Shown: piece after piece, positions 26,409 to 35,615 of the stretch | Layout: every line of letters starts with the position of its first letter | How positions within the stretch are numbered: position 1 is the first letter of the stretch | Source of the DNA: an uncultured Bacilli bacterium | GTDB taxonomy: Bacteria > Bacillota_I > Bacilli_A > RFN20 > CAG-288 | Direction: 5' to 3' | NCBI GenBank assembly: GCA_948525355.1 | Contig: CAOSOP010000001.1 | Location: forward strand, 732 to 51,769 | Length of the DNA stretch: 51,038 bases | The notes under the pieces: model-generated | Seen by the model: the letters and a program-made list of their open reading frames with translations, nothing else | Databases searched by the model: none | Told to the model about the DNA's origin: nothing | Translations under genes and position numbers: made by a program

Positions 26409-27569
26409 ATGAAACTGATTGCTCATATAGATTTAAATGCTTTTTTTGTTCAAGTAGAGGAATTAAAGGATCCAAGTTTAAAGACCAAGTTCGTCGCCGT
26501 TGGTGGAAATAGCAGCCGAAGTGTTGTTTGCTCAGCTAATTATTTAGCGCGTAAAAGAGGTGTTCATTCAGGAATGTCGATAAAAAAAGCGAAAGAATTA
26601 TGCCCAGGCATAGTTATTTTAGATGGGCACTATGGATTATATAGTGAATATTCACACCGTTTCTTCGATTATCTACGAAAGATATTTAATCGTATCATGC
26701 AGACTTCTATCGATGAATGCTACATCGATATAACTGATTTTACTGATAAAGAGCATGCTAGAGACTTTTTAAGAGATTTACAGATAGATCTATTTAAAGA
26801 TACAGATTTAAAATGTTCAATTGGCTGTGGACCGAATAAATTCTTGGCAAAGATGGGTTCAGATTATCAAAAGCCGATGGGTTTGACGATGATTTTTAAA
26901 GAAGATGTTGAAAGAATTCTCTGGCCAATACCTATCGGTGATATGTATGGAATAGGAAAAAAGACTGCTCCGACTTTAATAAGTCTAGGCGTTAAGACTA
27001 TCGGTGATTTAGCAAATACTTTGGATACAAAAGTAATGAAAATTCTTGGAAGCATGTTTTTATATCACAAGCAACATGCGATGGGGGAAGGAAACGATGA
27101 GTTAAACTATGAGCACTTTGACCCTAAAAGTGTTTCAGCCGCTCGAACTTTTTTAGAAGATACTAGTGATGAAGAAGAACTTTCAAATATGATAATCAAG
27201 CTATCTAAGCAGGTAAGCAAGGAGTTGATTAAATATAAGAAAACTTCTAAATGTGTTGTCGTAACTTTCAGAACTGCAGATTTTGTCACTAATTCTAAGA
27301 GAAAGCAATTTGATACATATGAAAATGATGCTGCTAAAATCGCTTCTCGTGCACTGCAGATATTTGAAACTTATTATAAATATGAGCCGCTCAGACTTAT
27401 CGGCGTAGGCGTGAGTGATGTGATTAATACATTTGATGCGACTGAACAAATGAATATTTACATGATTAAAAAAGAAGAAAAGAGCGCAGTTAAAGAAGAG
27501 CAGAGAAAAGAAACAAGTGATGGAGGATATGAAAATCGCTTTCATATTTTAGATGATGAAGATATCTGA
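26409..27569 (+). CDS. dinB: DNA polymerase IV (Y-family)
   Basis: IAHIDLNAFFVQVE, SIDECYIDIT and GPNKFLAKMGSDYQKP motifs. Confidence 0.9.
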   Translation: MKLIAHIDLNAFFVQVEELKDPSLKTKFVAVGGNSSRSVVCSANYLARKRGVHSGMSIKKAKELCPGIVILDGHYGLYSEYSHRFFDYLRKIFNRIMQTSIDECYIDITDFTDKEHARDFLRDLQIDLFKDTDLKCSIGCGPNKFLAKMGSDYQKPMGLTMIFKEDVERILWPIPIGDMYGIGKKTAPTLISLGVKTIGDLANTLDTKVMKILGSMFLYHKQHAMGEGNDELNYEHFDPKSVSAARTFLEDTSDEEELSNMIIKLSKQVSKELIKYKKTSKCVVVTFRTADFVTNSKRKQFDTYENDAAKIASRALQIFETYYKYEPLRLIGVGVSDVINTFDATEQMNIYMIKKEEKSAVKEEQRKETSDGGYENRFHILDDEDI

Positions 27570-28434
27570 TGTAGCTAGTGAATACTTAACCTACCTCGTA
27601 GTTGAAAAAGGCGATGTCCAAAATACTATCAATACATATAAGGAAGACTTAACTCAATTTATCGATTTAATTAAAGATAAAGATGTCGAGGACTTATCGA
27701 TTGATGATATCTACGATTTCATGAAACATCTTTCTAATACGAATAAAAAAACAAGCACGATAATAAGAAGAACGACGACGATCAGGGGATTTTATCTTTT
27801 TTTAAATCGCGAAAATTATATCGATGTGCCATTAAATGGTTTAAGACTACCAAAGAGTGAATCACACCTTCCTTCAGTGTTATCGTTAGAAGAAGTCGAT
27901 GCTTTATTTGATGCGATTGGAAATAAAAAAGATGGAGAAATCAGGGATCGTGCGATGTTTGAGTGCATGTATGCTTCCGGCCTTAGAGTTAGTGAACTAC
28001 TTACCTTAGAACTAGGTAATATCAATTTTAAATCAGGTTATATTAGGATTAGAGGAAAGGGAAATAAAGAAAGAATAATCCCTATCGGTGAATATGCTTT
28101 GTACTACTTACAAGATTACATCGATCGAGTTAGAAAATATAATCCCAATAAAAAGAGCAAGTACGTTTTTTTAAATAGAAGTGGCGAGATTATCTCAAGA
28201 CAATATTTCTTTAAAATGGTTAAAAAATATGCCACACGTGCTAATATTGATGCTCAGATATCACCGCATACTTTAAGACATAGTTTTGCAACCCATCTTA
28301 TTGAAAACGGTGCAAACTTAAAGGAAGTTCAAGAAATGCTTGGTCATAGTAAAATTGAGACAACACAAATATATACTCACCTCTCGACCAAAAGAATTCT
28401 ATCCGCCTACGATGCCTTTATGAAGAAGATTTGA
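27553..28434 (+). CDS. xerD: Tyrosine recombinase XerD-like
   Basis: Catalytic blocks GLRVSEL, HTLRHSFATHLIENGANLKEVQEMLGHSKIETTQIYTHL. It lies upstream of deoB, as ripX does in B. subtilis. Confidence 0.75.
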   Translation: MMKISDVASEYLTYLVVEKGDVQNTINTYKEDLTQFIDLIKDKDVEDLSIDDIYDFMKHLSNTNKKTSTIIRRTTTIRGFYLFLNRENYIDVPLNGLRLPKSESHLPSVLSLEEVDALFDAIGNKKDGEIRDRAMFECMYASGLRVSELLTLELGNINFKSGYIRIRGKGNKERIIPIGEYALYYLQDYIDRVRKYNPNKKSKYVFLNRSGEIISRQYFFKMVKKYATRANIDAQISPHTLRHSFATHLIENGANLKEVQEMLGHSKIETTQIYTHLSTKRILSAYDAFMKKI

Positions 28435-28443
28435 CTTTATTAA

Positions 28444-28472
28444 TTGTAAGTTGACTTGATTTAAGTTATAAT
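28444..28472 (+). promoter_or_regulatory. Putative promoter of deoB
   Basis: TTGTAA-17 nt-TATAAT, followed by the SD GGAGG. Confidence 0.45.
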
Positions 28473-28490
28473 TTTTGTGGAGGAAAAATT

Positions 28491-29690
28491 ATGAAATTTA
28501 AAAGAATATTTTTAATCGTCTGCGACTCAATGGGTGCTGGATTTATGGATGATGCCAAAAAGTATAACGACTATGGTGCAAATACTTTACTTCATATTTC
28601 TAATGCTTGTAATGGTTTAAATATTCCTAATCTAAATAAATTAGGCATTCATGACATTGTAGAAATAAAGAATACTGATAAAGTTGAACACAAAAGTTCA
28701 TATACATTAAAACTTAATGAAGCCAGCAACGGCAAAGATACCATGACTGGTCACTGGGAAATGATGGGTATAAAGACTGAAAAACCTTTTAAAACCTTTA
28801 CTGACACCGGTTTTCCAAAAGAGTTGATCGATGAATTAGAAGAGAAGACAGGACGCAAGGTCATCGGAAATAAGGCTGCTTCAGGAACGGAAATCTTAGT
28901 TGAACTCGGTGAAGAGCAGAAAAGAGATGGCTCGTTGATAGTTTATACTTCGGCCGATTCTGTCTTACAGATTGCGGCACATGAAGAAGTTATCAGTGTT
29001 CCTGAACTTTATCATTACTGCGACATCGCAAGAGAAATCTGCAATCGTCCAGAATACTTGCTCGGTCGTATTATCGCACGTCCATTCCTTGGAAGTGATA
29101 AAAATTCGTTTAAAAGAACGCCTAATAGACATGACTTAGCACTTTCACCTACTGGTAGAACCGCTATGAATGATTTAAAGGACGCTGATTACACAGTATC
29201 TTGTGTTGGTAAGATAAATGATATATTTAATACATCCGGTGTCACTAGAACCGTTAAAACAGTTTCAAATAGCGATGGAATGGAGAAAACCATTGCTCAA
29301 GCTAATGAAAATGATTGGACTGGCTTATTGTTCTTGAATCTCGTCGAATTCGACTCTGAATACGGCCATCGTCGAGATCCAGAAGGCTATGGAAGAGCAA
29401 TCGAAACATTTGACAAAGAATTAGGACAATTGATCGATGTCATAAACGATGATGACTTGATTATGATCACTGCCGATCACGGCAACGACCCAACTTGGAC
29501 CGGAACAGATCACACAAGAGAAAAGGTCCCACTTCTATGCTACAGCAAATCATTTAAAAATGGTTGTTATTTAGGTGAAAGAAGTTCATTTGCTGATATT
29601 GGAAAAACTATATTAAGTAATTTTAATGTCAAACCTTCTTCAAACGAAATAGGAGAGGCAATCGATGAATTGCTTAAGGAAAAAGCTTAG
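28491..29690 (+). CDS. deoB: Phosphopentomutase
   Basis: LIVCDSMGAG, GKDTMTGHWEMMG, NLVEFDSEYGHRRD and ITADHGNDPT motifs. Confidence 0.9.
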   Translation: MKFKRIFLIVCDSMGAGFMDDAKKYNDYGANTLLHISNACNGLNIPNLNKLGIHDIVEIKNTDKVEHKSSYTLKLNEASNGKDTMTGHWEMMGIKTEKPFKTFTDTGFPKELIDELEEKTGRKVIGNKAASGTEILVELGEEQKRDGSLIVYTSADSVLQIAAHEEVISVPELYHYCDIAREICNRPEYLLGRIIARPFLGSDKNSFKRTPNRHDLALSPTGRTAMNDLKDADYTVSCVGKINDIFNTSGVTRTVKTVSNSDGMEKTIAQANENDWTGLLFLNLVEFDSEYGHRRDPEGYGRAIETFDKELGQLIDVINDDDLIMITADHGNDPTWTGTDHTREKVPLLCYSKSFKNGCYLGERSSFADIGKTILSNFNVKPSSNEIGEAIDELLKEKA

Positions 29691-30684
29691 TGCTCTAATT
29701 CCTCTTGCTGCATTTACATCAATTACCACATCCTCGTGTTTCTTTGTTGTAAAAGCGCTTGAATTCAATGTAATTGCGCCTAAAGGTGCTCCTTCACTTG
29801 CCTTACTCGCTTATGCTGATGATTATAATCACGTAACGATAGAAAACAATACGGCAAATGTCAAAGCAGCATTCTTTTTAGATGAGTATGACATCATAAT
29901 ATTCGATACTTTTACTGGATTAAAGCTTATACAAGATAAGGGGGCTGAGTTTAAACTCGCTCGTGTTATTACGAATGGAAATCTCTTTTTGGTCAGCACT
30001 GGGCACGATGAAAACGACATCATCGAGTCTAGTGATAATATCTTAGGATTTGGTGAAGGACTTTTTCCCGATAGAGTATTTAAAGCAACCCATCCAAATC
30101 TAAAGATTTCAAACTATTATAATTCTGCCGCTAATGCTGCGGTAGGACTGTGTAATGGTGAATACGAGGGAAGAGCAATCGACTATCTAGTCATGTCCGA
30201 ACCATTTATCTATAATACATTGAATAATAAATCCTGCTCGACATATGGAAAGAGCAAAGTTGTTGAAAATATAAAAGAAACATTTATTAAATTCAGTGCC
30301 GACCGTGGTGTTGAATTTAATGGATTTCCGCAAGCTGGTGTCTTTATATCAACCCGATTAGATGAAACAACTGATAAAAACAAGAAGAAAAAAGTCGATA
30401 ATTTCTTTAAAACCATCGATACAGAATTAGATAGTTTGGAGCGTTCAGGTGCAAGAGATTCATTAAAGACTCTCATGGATTATGGAAGTCTATATGAGCA
30501 GGAGAACATCTTTGGATTGAATTATAAGACGCTAGAAGCCCTTCAGATTGATGGAAAGGAAGTGATTAATAAACTATCCTACTATTCATTTGAATACGAT
30601 ATCGTAAGCTTTGCAAAGATGTTTATGTCAACATTAAATCTGGATTTAATTGACAAAGACTCTTTATCTAAATATTTTGGTTAA
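29665..30684 (+). CDS. Putative ABC-transporter substrate-binding lipoprotein
   Basis: 339 aa with a signal-like N-terminus containing a Cys (TTSSC) and a periplasmic-binding-protein-like alternation. It is adjacent to a permease. The start is uncertain and overlaps deoB by 26 nt. Confidence 0.4.
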   Translation: MNCLRKKLSALIPLAAFTSITTSSCFFVVKALEFNVIAPKGAPSLALLAYADDYNHVTIENNTANVKAAFFLDEYDIIIFDTFTGLKLIQDKGAEFKLARVITNGNLFLVSTGHDENDIIESSDNILGFGEGLFPDRVFKATHPNLKISNYYNSAANAAVGLCNGEYEGRAIDYLVMSEPFIYNTLNNKSCSTYGKSKVVENIKETFIKFSADRGVEFNGFPQAGVFISTRLDETTDKNKKKKVDNFFKTIDTELDSLERSGARDSLKTLMDYGSLYEQENIFGLNYKTLEALQIDGKEVINKLSYYSFEYDIVSFAKMFMSTLNLDLIDKDSLSKYFG

Positions 30685-30711
30685 AAATGCTGAGAAACCT
30701 CAGCATTTTTT
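30684..30711 (+). terminator. Intrinsic terminator or attenuator between the SBP and permease genes
   Basis: AAAAATGCTGAG-aaac-CTCAGCATTTTT. Confidence 0.65.
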
Positions 30712-30726
30712 GCTATAATAAAAAGC

Positions 30727-31512
30727 ATGAAAACAAAAAAGAACCTTTATACAAAGATATTCAACTCTAATTTTTTCTACACTGGCATCGGAATAATACT
30801 TCTCATCATATCATATATCATCCTTTCAACGAGTTTAAAAACGGCGCTTGTACCTAAAATAGATAAGATTATTTTTTCCATGGGTGAATTATTAAAAGAG
30901 AAGTCATTTTATAAAAACTTTTTCACCACTATATTTAAGTTATTATTTACTACAACCTTTACATTTATTTTTGCGGTTGTTCTTGCGCTTATCAGCGCTA
31001 ACTTTAAAAGGTTTGTAGGAATCATCAAACCATTTATCGTCGTGCTAAAATCATTTCCTACTATATGTATACTTTTAATTCTAATATCAATAACAAAGTT
31101 TAGCGAACACATCGTTTTGTTTTTGGTCGTTTTTCCTATCGTCTATGAAGGACAACTTGAAAGAAGTCAAACCATAATAAAGCAATACGAGTATGATTTA
31201 AAGCTTGATGGAATAACTAGATGGAATAGAGTAGTCCATATCATTCTTCCTTTGTCTTATAAAGAATTCATCATCCTTCTGCTCCAATCCGTCGGTTTAG
31301 GATTTAAATCATTAATCATGGCTGAAGTGGTAACTGGCTCAAGCACAAAGCTTGGGATTGGAAACTTTTTAAACTCTGCCTATATTAATTCTAACTACAA
31401 TATGATGTTTGCGATAGCATTTTATACATTGATATTTATCATCGTCATCGACTGCATATTAGAGTATCTTAAATACCGTTTAAGTGGTAAAGAAGAGGGG
31501 TTAATAAGCTGA
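30727..31512 (+). CDS. ABC transporter permease (binding-protein-dependent type)
   Basis: 261 aa with about 6 TM helices and an EAA-like loop LKLDGITRWNRVVHIILPLS. No ATPase gene is adjacent. Confidence 0.6.
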   Translation: MKTKKNLYTKIFNSNFFYTGIGIILLIISYIILSTSLKTALVPKIDKIIFSMGELLKEKSFYKNFFTTIFKLLFTTTFTFIFAVVLALISANFKRFVGIIKPFIVVLKSFPTICILLILISITKFSEHIVLFLVVFPIVYEGQLERSQTIIKQYEYDLKLDGITRWNRVVHIILPLSYKEFIILLLQSVGLGFKSLIMAEVVTGSSTKLGIGNFLNSAYINSNYNMMFAIAFYTLIFIIVIDCILEYLKYRLSGKEEGLIS

Positions 31513-31550
31513 TTAGTAGTTTTCTAGTACTAAGTTAGTAGTAAATTGAT
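31511..31550 (+). repeat. Phased-TAGT element, copy B
   Basis: gatTAGTagttttcTAGTactaagtTAGTagtaaattgat, with TAGT at 31514, 31525 and 31536; the fourth core is degenerate. Its first 19 nt are near-identical to copy A. Confidence 0.6.
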
Positions 31551-31798
31551 ATATATTTTTGGTTGATAAGTACTGCTTATAAAAATTGGTCGACAATTAG
31601 CGACATCGATAAAAGTGCCTATTTAAAGGATGTTTTTATATATTAGTTAACATAATAGAGATTATACGAAGTTATATATAATCAACATTTTTAGTTACTA
31701 ACTGCTATATTTCATATTAAAAGTGTATATTAGTGCATTGTAATCAAACTATATACCTTGTTTTTTAGATCCTATGCTCTACACTTCTTAGCCGCATT

Positions 31799-31827
31799 AA
31801 AAAAGAGGTCAAGAGCTTTGACCTCTT
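31799..31827 (-). terminator. Intrinsic terminator of mgtE
   Basis: Minus strand AAGAGGTCAA-agctc-TTGACCTCTT followed by TTTTTT. Confidence 0.75.
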
Positions 31828-31835
31828 AAGCATAT

Positions 31836-33239
31836 TTATAAAACTGTTAAAAGAAGAATCCAACTAAGCCCGTAGAAGGTGAAGACCGCGACCAAATCAT
31901 TGATAGTGGTGATTAATGGACCTGAAGCAACAGCAGGATCGATTTTAATCTTTTTAAAGATAAGTGGAACAACTGTGCCAGTGATGCTCGCTAGAAACAT
32001 CGAAACGACTATTGATATTCCTGTGCAGCCTGAGATTAAGAATGAGAATCCTGGATCTTGTCCTTTTAGCAAGAATATATATAATCCGATGAACACTGTC
32101 GAAAGAGTTCCAAGAATTAATCCATTGCATAGTCCAACTCTTCCCTCTTTGAAGATGAGATATAGCTTCTCTTTTCCACTGACCTTATCGTCCATCAAGA
32201 CACGAATAGTTACCGCTAGCGATTGTGTACCAACATTACCAGCCATACCTAGAACAAGTGATTGAAATGCGACGATTATTGGCAGTTCTTCTACAACCGT
32301 ATCGAATAGTCCAACAGCGCTAGATACAAGTAAACCCAGCCCAAGCAGAACAATTAGCCATGGAAGTCTTTTTATTATGCTCTTCTTCAATTTCTCTTTT
32401 AAGTCTTCTTCTGAAGAGAGGGCGGCGAACTTTGCATAGTCATCGCTCATTTCATCATCGACCGATTGCATGAAGTCACTAGAAGTGATGACGCCAAGAA
32501 GTATATTTTCACTATTTAATACTGGTATTGAATCTTCGCTATAGTCGATGATTCGGCTGATGCTCTCTTCAATCTTTTCACTTGCATATACATATGGATA
32601 CGAAGTCTTGATCAAGTCTTCAAGACTATCTTCGCTGCGAGCTATGATTAAATCGTGAAGATCAAGCGCACCAACTAATTTCTCTTCTTCATCAATTACA
32701 TAAATAGTTGAAATATTGTCATTATCGGCCGCTTGTTTAACAAGTTCTTTCATCGCTTGTTTAATTGTGATTCCCTTCTTAATCGATATATAATTAGTCG
32801 TCATTATGCTACCGATTTGTTCTTCATCATATTCGCTTAATAACTCATATTCTTCTCGATGTTCTTCGTCCATTTTCGAAATGATTTCATTTCTTAAAGT
32901 ATTCTCAACATCATCAAGATAGTCGACAGTCATCGAAGTCTCTAAATGCTTTAAAACTCCATGTATTCGATCTTTATCAAGTTCTTCAATATATTGATTG
33001 GTATTAGCACTATATTCAAGTACATCAGCTAATACTTCATCATCTAAACAAATATATATCTTTCTTCTCTGCTCTAAAGTCATCTCATCAAGAGCTTGAG
33101 CAATATCATTCTCATGATAATTCAAAAGAGCTGATTTTAACACTTCTAGATCATTCTCTTCATCTAAAAGCTTTATTATCTCTTTCTTATAGTCAGGATG
33201 AATTATTTCTTCATCCAAATCAAATATCTCCTTTTCCAT
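31836..33239 (-). CDS. mgtE: Magnesium transporter MgtE
   Basis: 467 aa with an MgtE N-domain, tandem CBS domains and five C-terminal TM helices including GNVGTQSLAVTIR and PLITTINDLVAV. Confidence 0.9.
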   Translation of the reverse strand: MEKEIFDLDEEIIHPDYKKEIIKLLDEENDLEVLKSALLNYHENDIAQALDEMTLEQRRKIYICLDDEVLADVLEYSANTNQYIEELDKDRIHGVLKHLETSMTVDYLDDVENTLRNEIISKMDEEHREEYELLSEYDEEQIGSIMTTNYISIKKGITIKQAMKELVKQAADNDNISTIYVIDEEEKLVGALDLHDLIIARSEDSLEDLIKTSYPYVYASEKIEESISRIIDYSEDSIPVLNSENILLGVITSSDFMQSVDDEMSDDYAKFAALSSEEDLKEKLKKSIIKRLPWLIVLLGLGLLVSSAVGLFDTVVEELPIIVAFQSLVLGMAGNVGTQSLAVTIRVLMDDKVSGKEKLYLIFKEGRVGLCNGLILGTLSTVFIGLYIFLLKGQDPGFSFLISGCTGISIVVSMFLASITGTVVPLIFKKIKIDPAVASGPLITTINDLVAVFTFYGLSWILLLTVL

Positions 33240-33280
33240 GCTTCACCTCCATAAAATAAATGCAAGTGACCAAAGCAGAA

Positions 33281-33346
33281 CTAAAATACTCTAGTGGTGC
33301 TAGGTCGATAAATAAAACTATCTATATCACATAACGAGTCGTCCAT
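33281..33346 (-). CDS. Candidate 21-codon upstream ORF in the mgtE leader
   Basis: AAGGAGG-7 nt-ATG, encoding MDDSLCDIDSFIYRPSTTRVF-stop. It ends 41 nt before the mgtE ATG. Confidence 0.3.
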   Translation of the reverse strand: MDDSLCDIDSFIYRPSTTRVF

Positions 33347-33412
33347 AACACCACCTCCTTTCGTAAAGGATATCACAGTTAATGAAAATGAGCAATAAAA
33401 AAAATTTAGTAT

Positions 33413-33457
33413 CAATAACTAAATTAATACTAAATCATCACTAATAAACTACTAATT
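33413..33457 (-). repeat. Phased-TAGT element, copy D (same orientation as mgtE, upstream of its leader)
   Basis: ACTA on the plus strand at 33418, 33429, 33440 and 33451, 11 bp apart. It shares the 20-mer ATTTAGTATTAATTTAGTTA with copy A. Confidence 0.7.
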
Positions 33458-33464
33458 TGTCAAA

Positions 33465-34145
33465 TTAGATAACTTCTTTAAAAATGTTAGCTAAACTGAC
33501 CATAGATTTCTCAAGCTTAAGCTCATGCTCTTTCGAGTTATTTGTGCTCAAGGAGTCTGATATGGTTCTTATGACTATAAATGGAATATTTAGATGAAAA
33601 GCAATTTGTGCGATGCTACATCCTTCCATATCAATGCAAAGTGGTTCATCAAATTTCTTAATTTTGCCCATTAGAGGACTGCTAGACGTCAAGAAAGAAT
33701 CGGCAGTAATAATATGTCCATAATGAATATTAAAGTCATACGACCATTTTATCGACGTTATCAGCGGTTTGAAGTATGGTGGGCAGTTAGACATTTGTCC
33801 ATATCTATATCCAAAAGATGTTAAATCAACATCTAAATAGGATAATTTATTGGCAATAACTACATCAAAAGGCTTAACACTTTCTTTCAAAGAACCTGCG
33901 GTACCAATATTTATAACTTTTTCAATATCGATGATTGAGCTTATCGCACCTAGTGTATAGCTAGACATCGCCTTCCCTACTCCGGTGATTGTACAAAATA
34001 CTTTTTTAGTATTTAATTCAAATTCGATCCCTTCTATTTTGCCTAACTTTAATGGGTTGCTTTTAACATTAAGAGAAGCAAAAAAACTGTTGAACTCTTC
34101 AAACATTGGAATTAGTAAAACTATATACTTAGATTTCTTCATCAT
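33465..34145 (-). CDS. mtnN: 5'-methylthioadenosine/S-adenosylhomocysteine nucleosidase
   Basis: 226 aa with IVLLIPMFEEF, GVGKAMSS, GTAGSL and DMEGCSIAQ motifs. Confidence 0.8.
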   Translation of the reverse strand: MMKKSKYIVLLIPMFEEFNSFFASLNVKSNPLKLGKIEGIEFELNTKKVFCTITGVGKAMSSYTLGAISSIIDIEKVINIGTAGSLKESVKPFDVVIANKLSYLDVDLTSFGYRYGQMSNCPPYFKPLITSIKWSYDFNIHYGHIITADSFLTSSSPLMGKIKKFDEPLCIDMEGCSIAQIAFHLNIPFIVIRTISDSLSTNNSKEHELKLEKSMVSLANIFKEVI

Positions 34146-34533
34146 AAAAAGACACTTCTGTTTTATATATCGCTTCTTCTGATTCTTCTATTTCTTCATC
34201 ATCAGAATATATAACTGGGCATTTCTTAAAGAGGTCATCGAACTTCATCCTCTCTCTTTCGCCAGGTATAAATACATGTATTAAGTAGGCATTGGCATCT
34301 AATAAGCACCAAAGCGTTGAATTTCTATGTTCAATATGACTGATTTCTATTCCTTCATCATGTAAAACTCTTGCGACGGCATGGATAGTTCCCCAGAGTG
34401 TTGAAGAAGTGCGTGAAGTTGCGACGATAGTCACTTCATTGAGCGGTGTCATATTCTTAACATCATATACTTTTATATTCTTACACTTCATTTCCTGTAA
34501 TTTATCGATTATCAATTCTTCTATTTTATTCAT
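34129..34533 (-). CDS. rsfS: Ribosomal silencing factor RsfS (iojap family)
   Basis: 134 aa with W.LLD......IHVF..ERE...F.DL. It occupies the yqeL position after nadD/yqeK. Confidence 0.75.
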   Translation of the reverse strand: MNKIEELIIDKLQEMKCKNIKVYDVKNMTPLNEVTIVATSRTSSTLWGTIHAVARVLHDEGIEISHIEHRNSTLWCLLDANAYLIHVFIPGERERMKFDDLFKKCPVIYSDDEEIEESEEAIYKTEVSFYDEEI

Positions 34534-35614
34534 ACTCCTCCTTTAAATAGTAACTAATGCATAGTTTAGATAATTTATTATTAAACAAAACATTTTTCTT
34601 TCCTGAAAGAAATTTAAAGTTTTCATTTAAAACCATTTTAAATCCTGAGCTTAAATTCTCTTTCATCGCCTTAATCATCTCTTTTGAATCATATCCTCGT
34701 GTAGGATCGATTTTATCAGCTGCATAGATGATTTTGGCATATTTTCCCATCGACCTGTTCCCTGTTGTATGGTACTTTATCGCTTCTAATACTCTTTCAT
34801 CGTTGATCTTAAAAAAGTTTTTGGCGATGTATTCACCAACAAATTGATGAAAAACAACTGGTGGATAGTCTAAATATTCCTTATAGTAAAGTTTCATAAC
34901 CTCTTCTTGGTTTTCACTTTCTTTTCCAACATCATGTAAAATACCAGCGATAAATGCAATCGTTGGATCTAATCCATTTTCTTTTGCAATATCATATGAT
35001 AACCAGGCGACAGAAAGAACATGCTGAAATCTCTTATCGCTATAAAATGCTTTTACTGTATCATAAAAATATAGTTTATGGTCGATTATATAGTGCAAAA
35101 CTTCTTCGTTTACATCTAGTGATTTAAACTCTCTTATATCGGTAGAAGAAATATCATATTCGCGGCAATTTATAACCTTGATGTTGTACTTTTTTATCGA
35201 TGGATGATTTGTCGGACAAGAAGGACGAGAAACAGCAATTAACTGTACTAAAGAAGAGATTTCATCGATGTCCTTCCATCTATCAAGCTTATAAACTTGA
35301 TCAAATCCGATTAAAAAGTACAGTGTCTCATTTTTATATAGATTTTTAAAATATCTTACCGTATCTATTGAATAGTTGACTGGTGCATCGCTATCGATTT
35401 CAAATCTTGAAACCAAAAAATCATCATCACCTTTAATCGATAGATTAAGCATATTCAATCTGTCATTGATATCGATAGGTGTTTTCCAGCGAGGATTTTT
35501 TGACGGAATCAAAATAACTTTGCTGGCCGAAACTTTTTCTTTAACTTCTTTCGCAATCTGAATATGACCTCGATGAATAGGGTCAAAAGTTCCACCAAAA
35601 AGAATTAATGACAT
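34526..35614 (-). CDS. nadD: Fusion protein: nicotinate-nucleotide adenylyltransferase NadD + HD-domain YqeK (Ap4A hydrolase family)
   Basis: The N-terminus has LFGGTFDPIHRGH. The C-terminal half has RFQHVLSVAWLSYDIAKENG...GILHDVGKE (HD domain). Both lie in one uninterrupted 362-codon frame. Confidence 0.8.
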   Translation of the reverse strand: MSLILFGGTFDPIHRGHIQIAKEVKEKVSASKVILIPSKNPRWKTPIDINDRLNMLNLSIKGDDDFLVSRFEIDSDAPVNYSIDTVRYFKNLYKNETLYFLIGFDQVYKLDRWKDIDEISSLVQLIAVSRPSCPTNHPSIKKYNIKVINCREYDISSTDIREFKSLDVNEEVLHYIIDHKLYFYDTVKAFYSDKRFQHVLSVAWLSYDIAKENGLDPTIAFIAGILHDVGKESENQEEVMKLYYKEYLDYPPVVFHQFVGEYIAKNFFKINDERVLEAIKYHTTGNRSMGKYAKIIYAADKIDPTRGYDSKEMIKAMKENLSSGFKMVLNENFKFLSGKKNVLFNNKLSKLCISYYLKEEYE

Positions 35615-35615
35615 C

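Noticed and set aside
26867-27545. Three minus-strand ORFs (26867-27055, 27107-27289, 27201-27545) inside dinB.
   Set aside because: They are antisense shadow ORFs opposite a clearly conserved Y-family polymerase gene.
31663-31675. Exact 13-nt match to one loxP arm (TATACGAAGTTAT) in the convergent intergenic gap. I also looked for a dif-like XerCD site around 31650-31700.
   Set aside because: No second inverted arm sits at an 8-nt spacing. The flanks do not match the Firmicute dif consensus (ACTKYSTAKAA-TRTATA-TTATGTWAACT). This is most likely chance in AT-rich DNA.
31879-32265. 128-aa plus-strand ORF inside mgtE.
   Set aside because: It is antisense to the conserved MgtE TM domain and has no RBS, so it is a shadow ORF.
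33240-33464. An M-box (ykoK) Mg2+ riboswitch, expected upstream of mgtE.
   Set aside because: I could not find the conserved M-box segments by eye. This needs cmscan to be certain and is reported as a finding instead.
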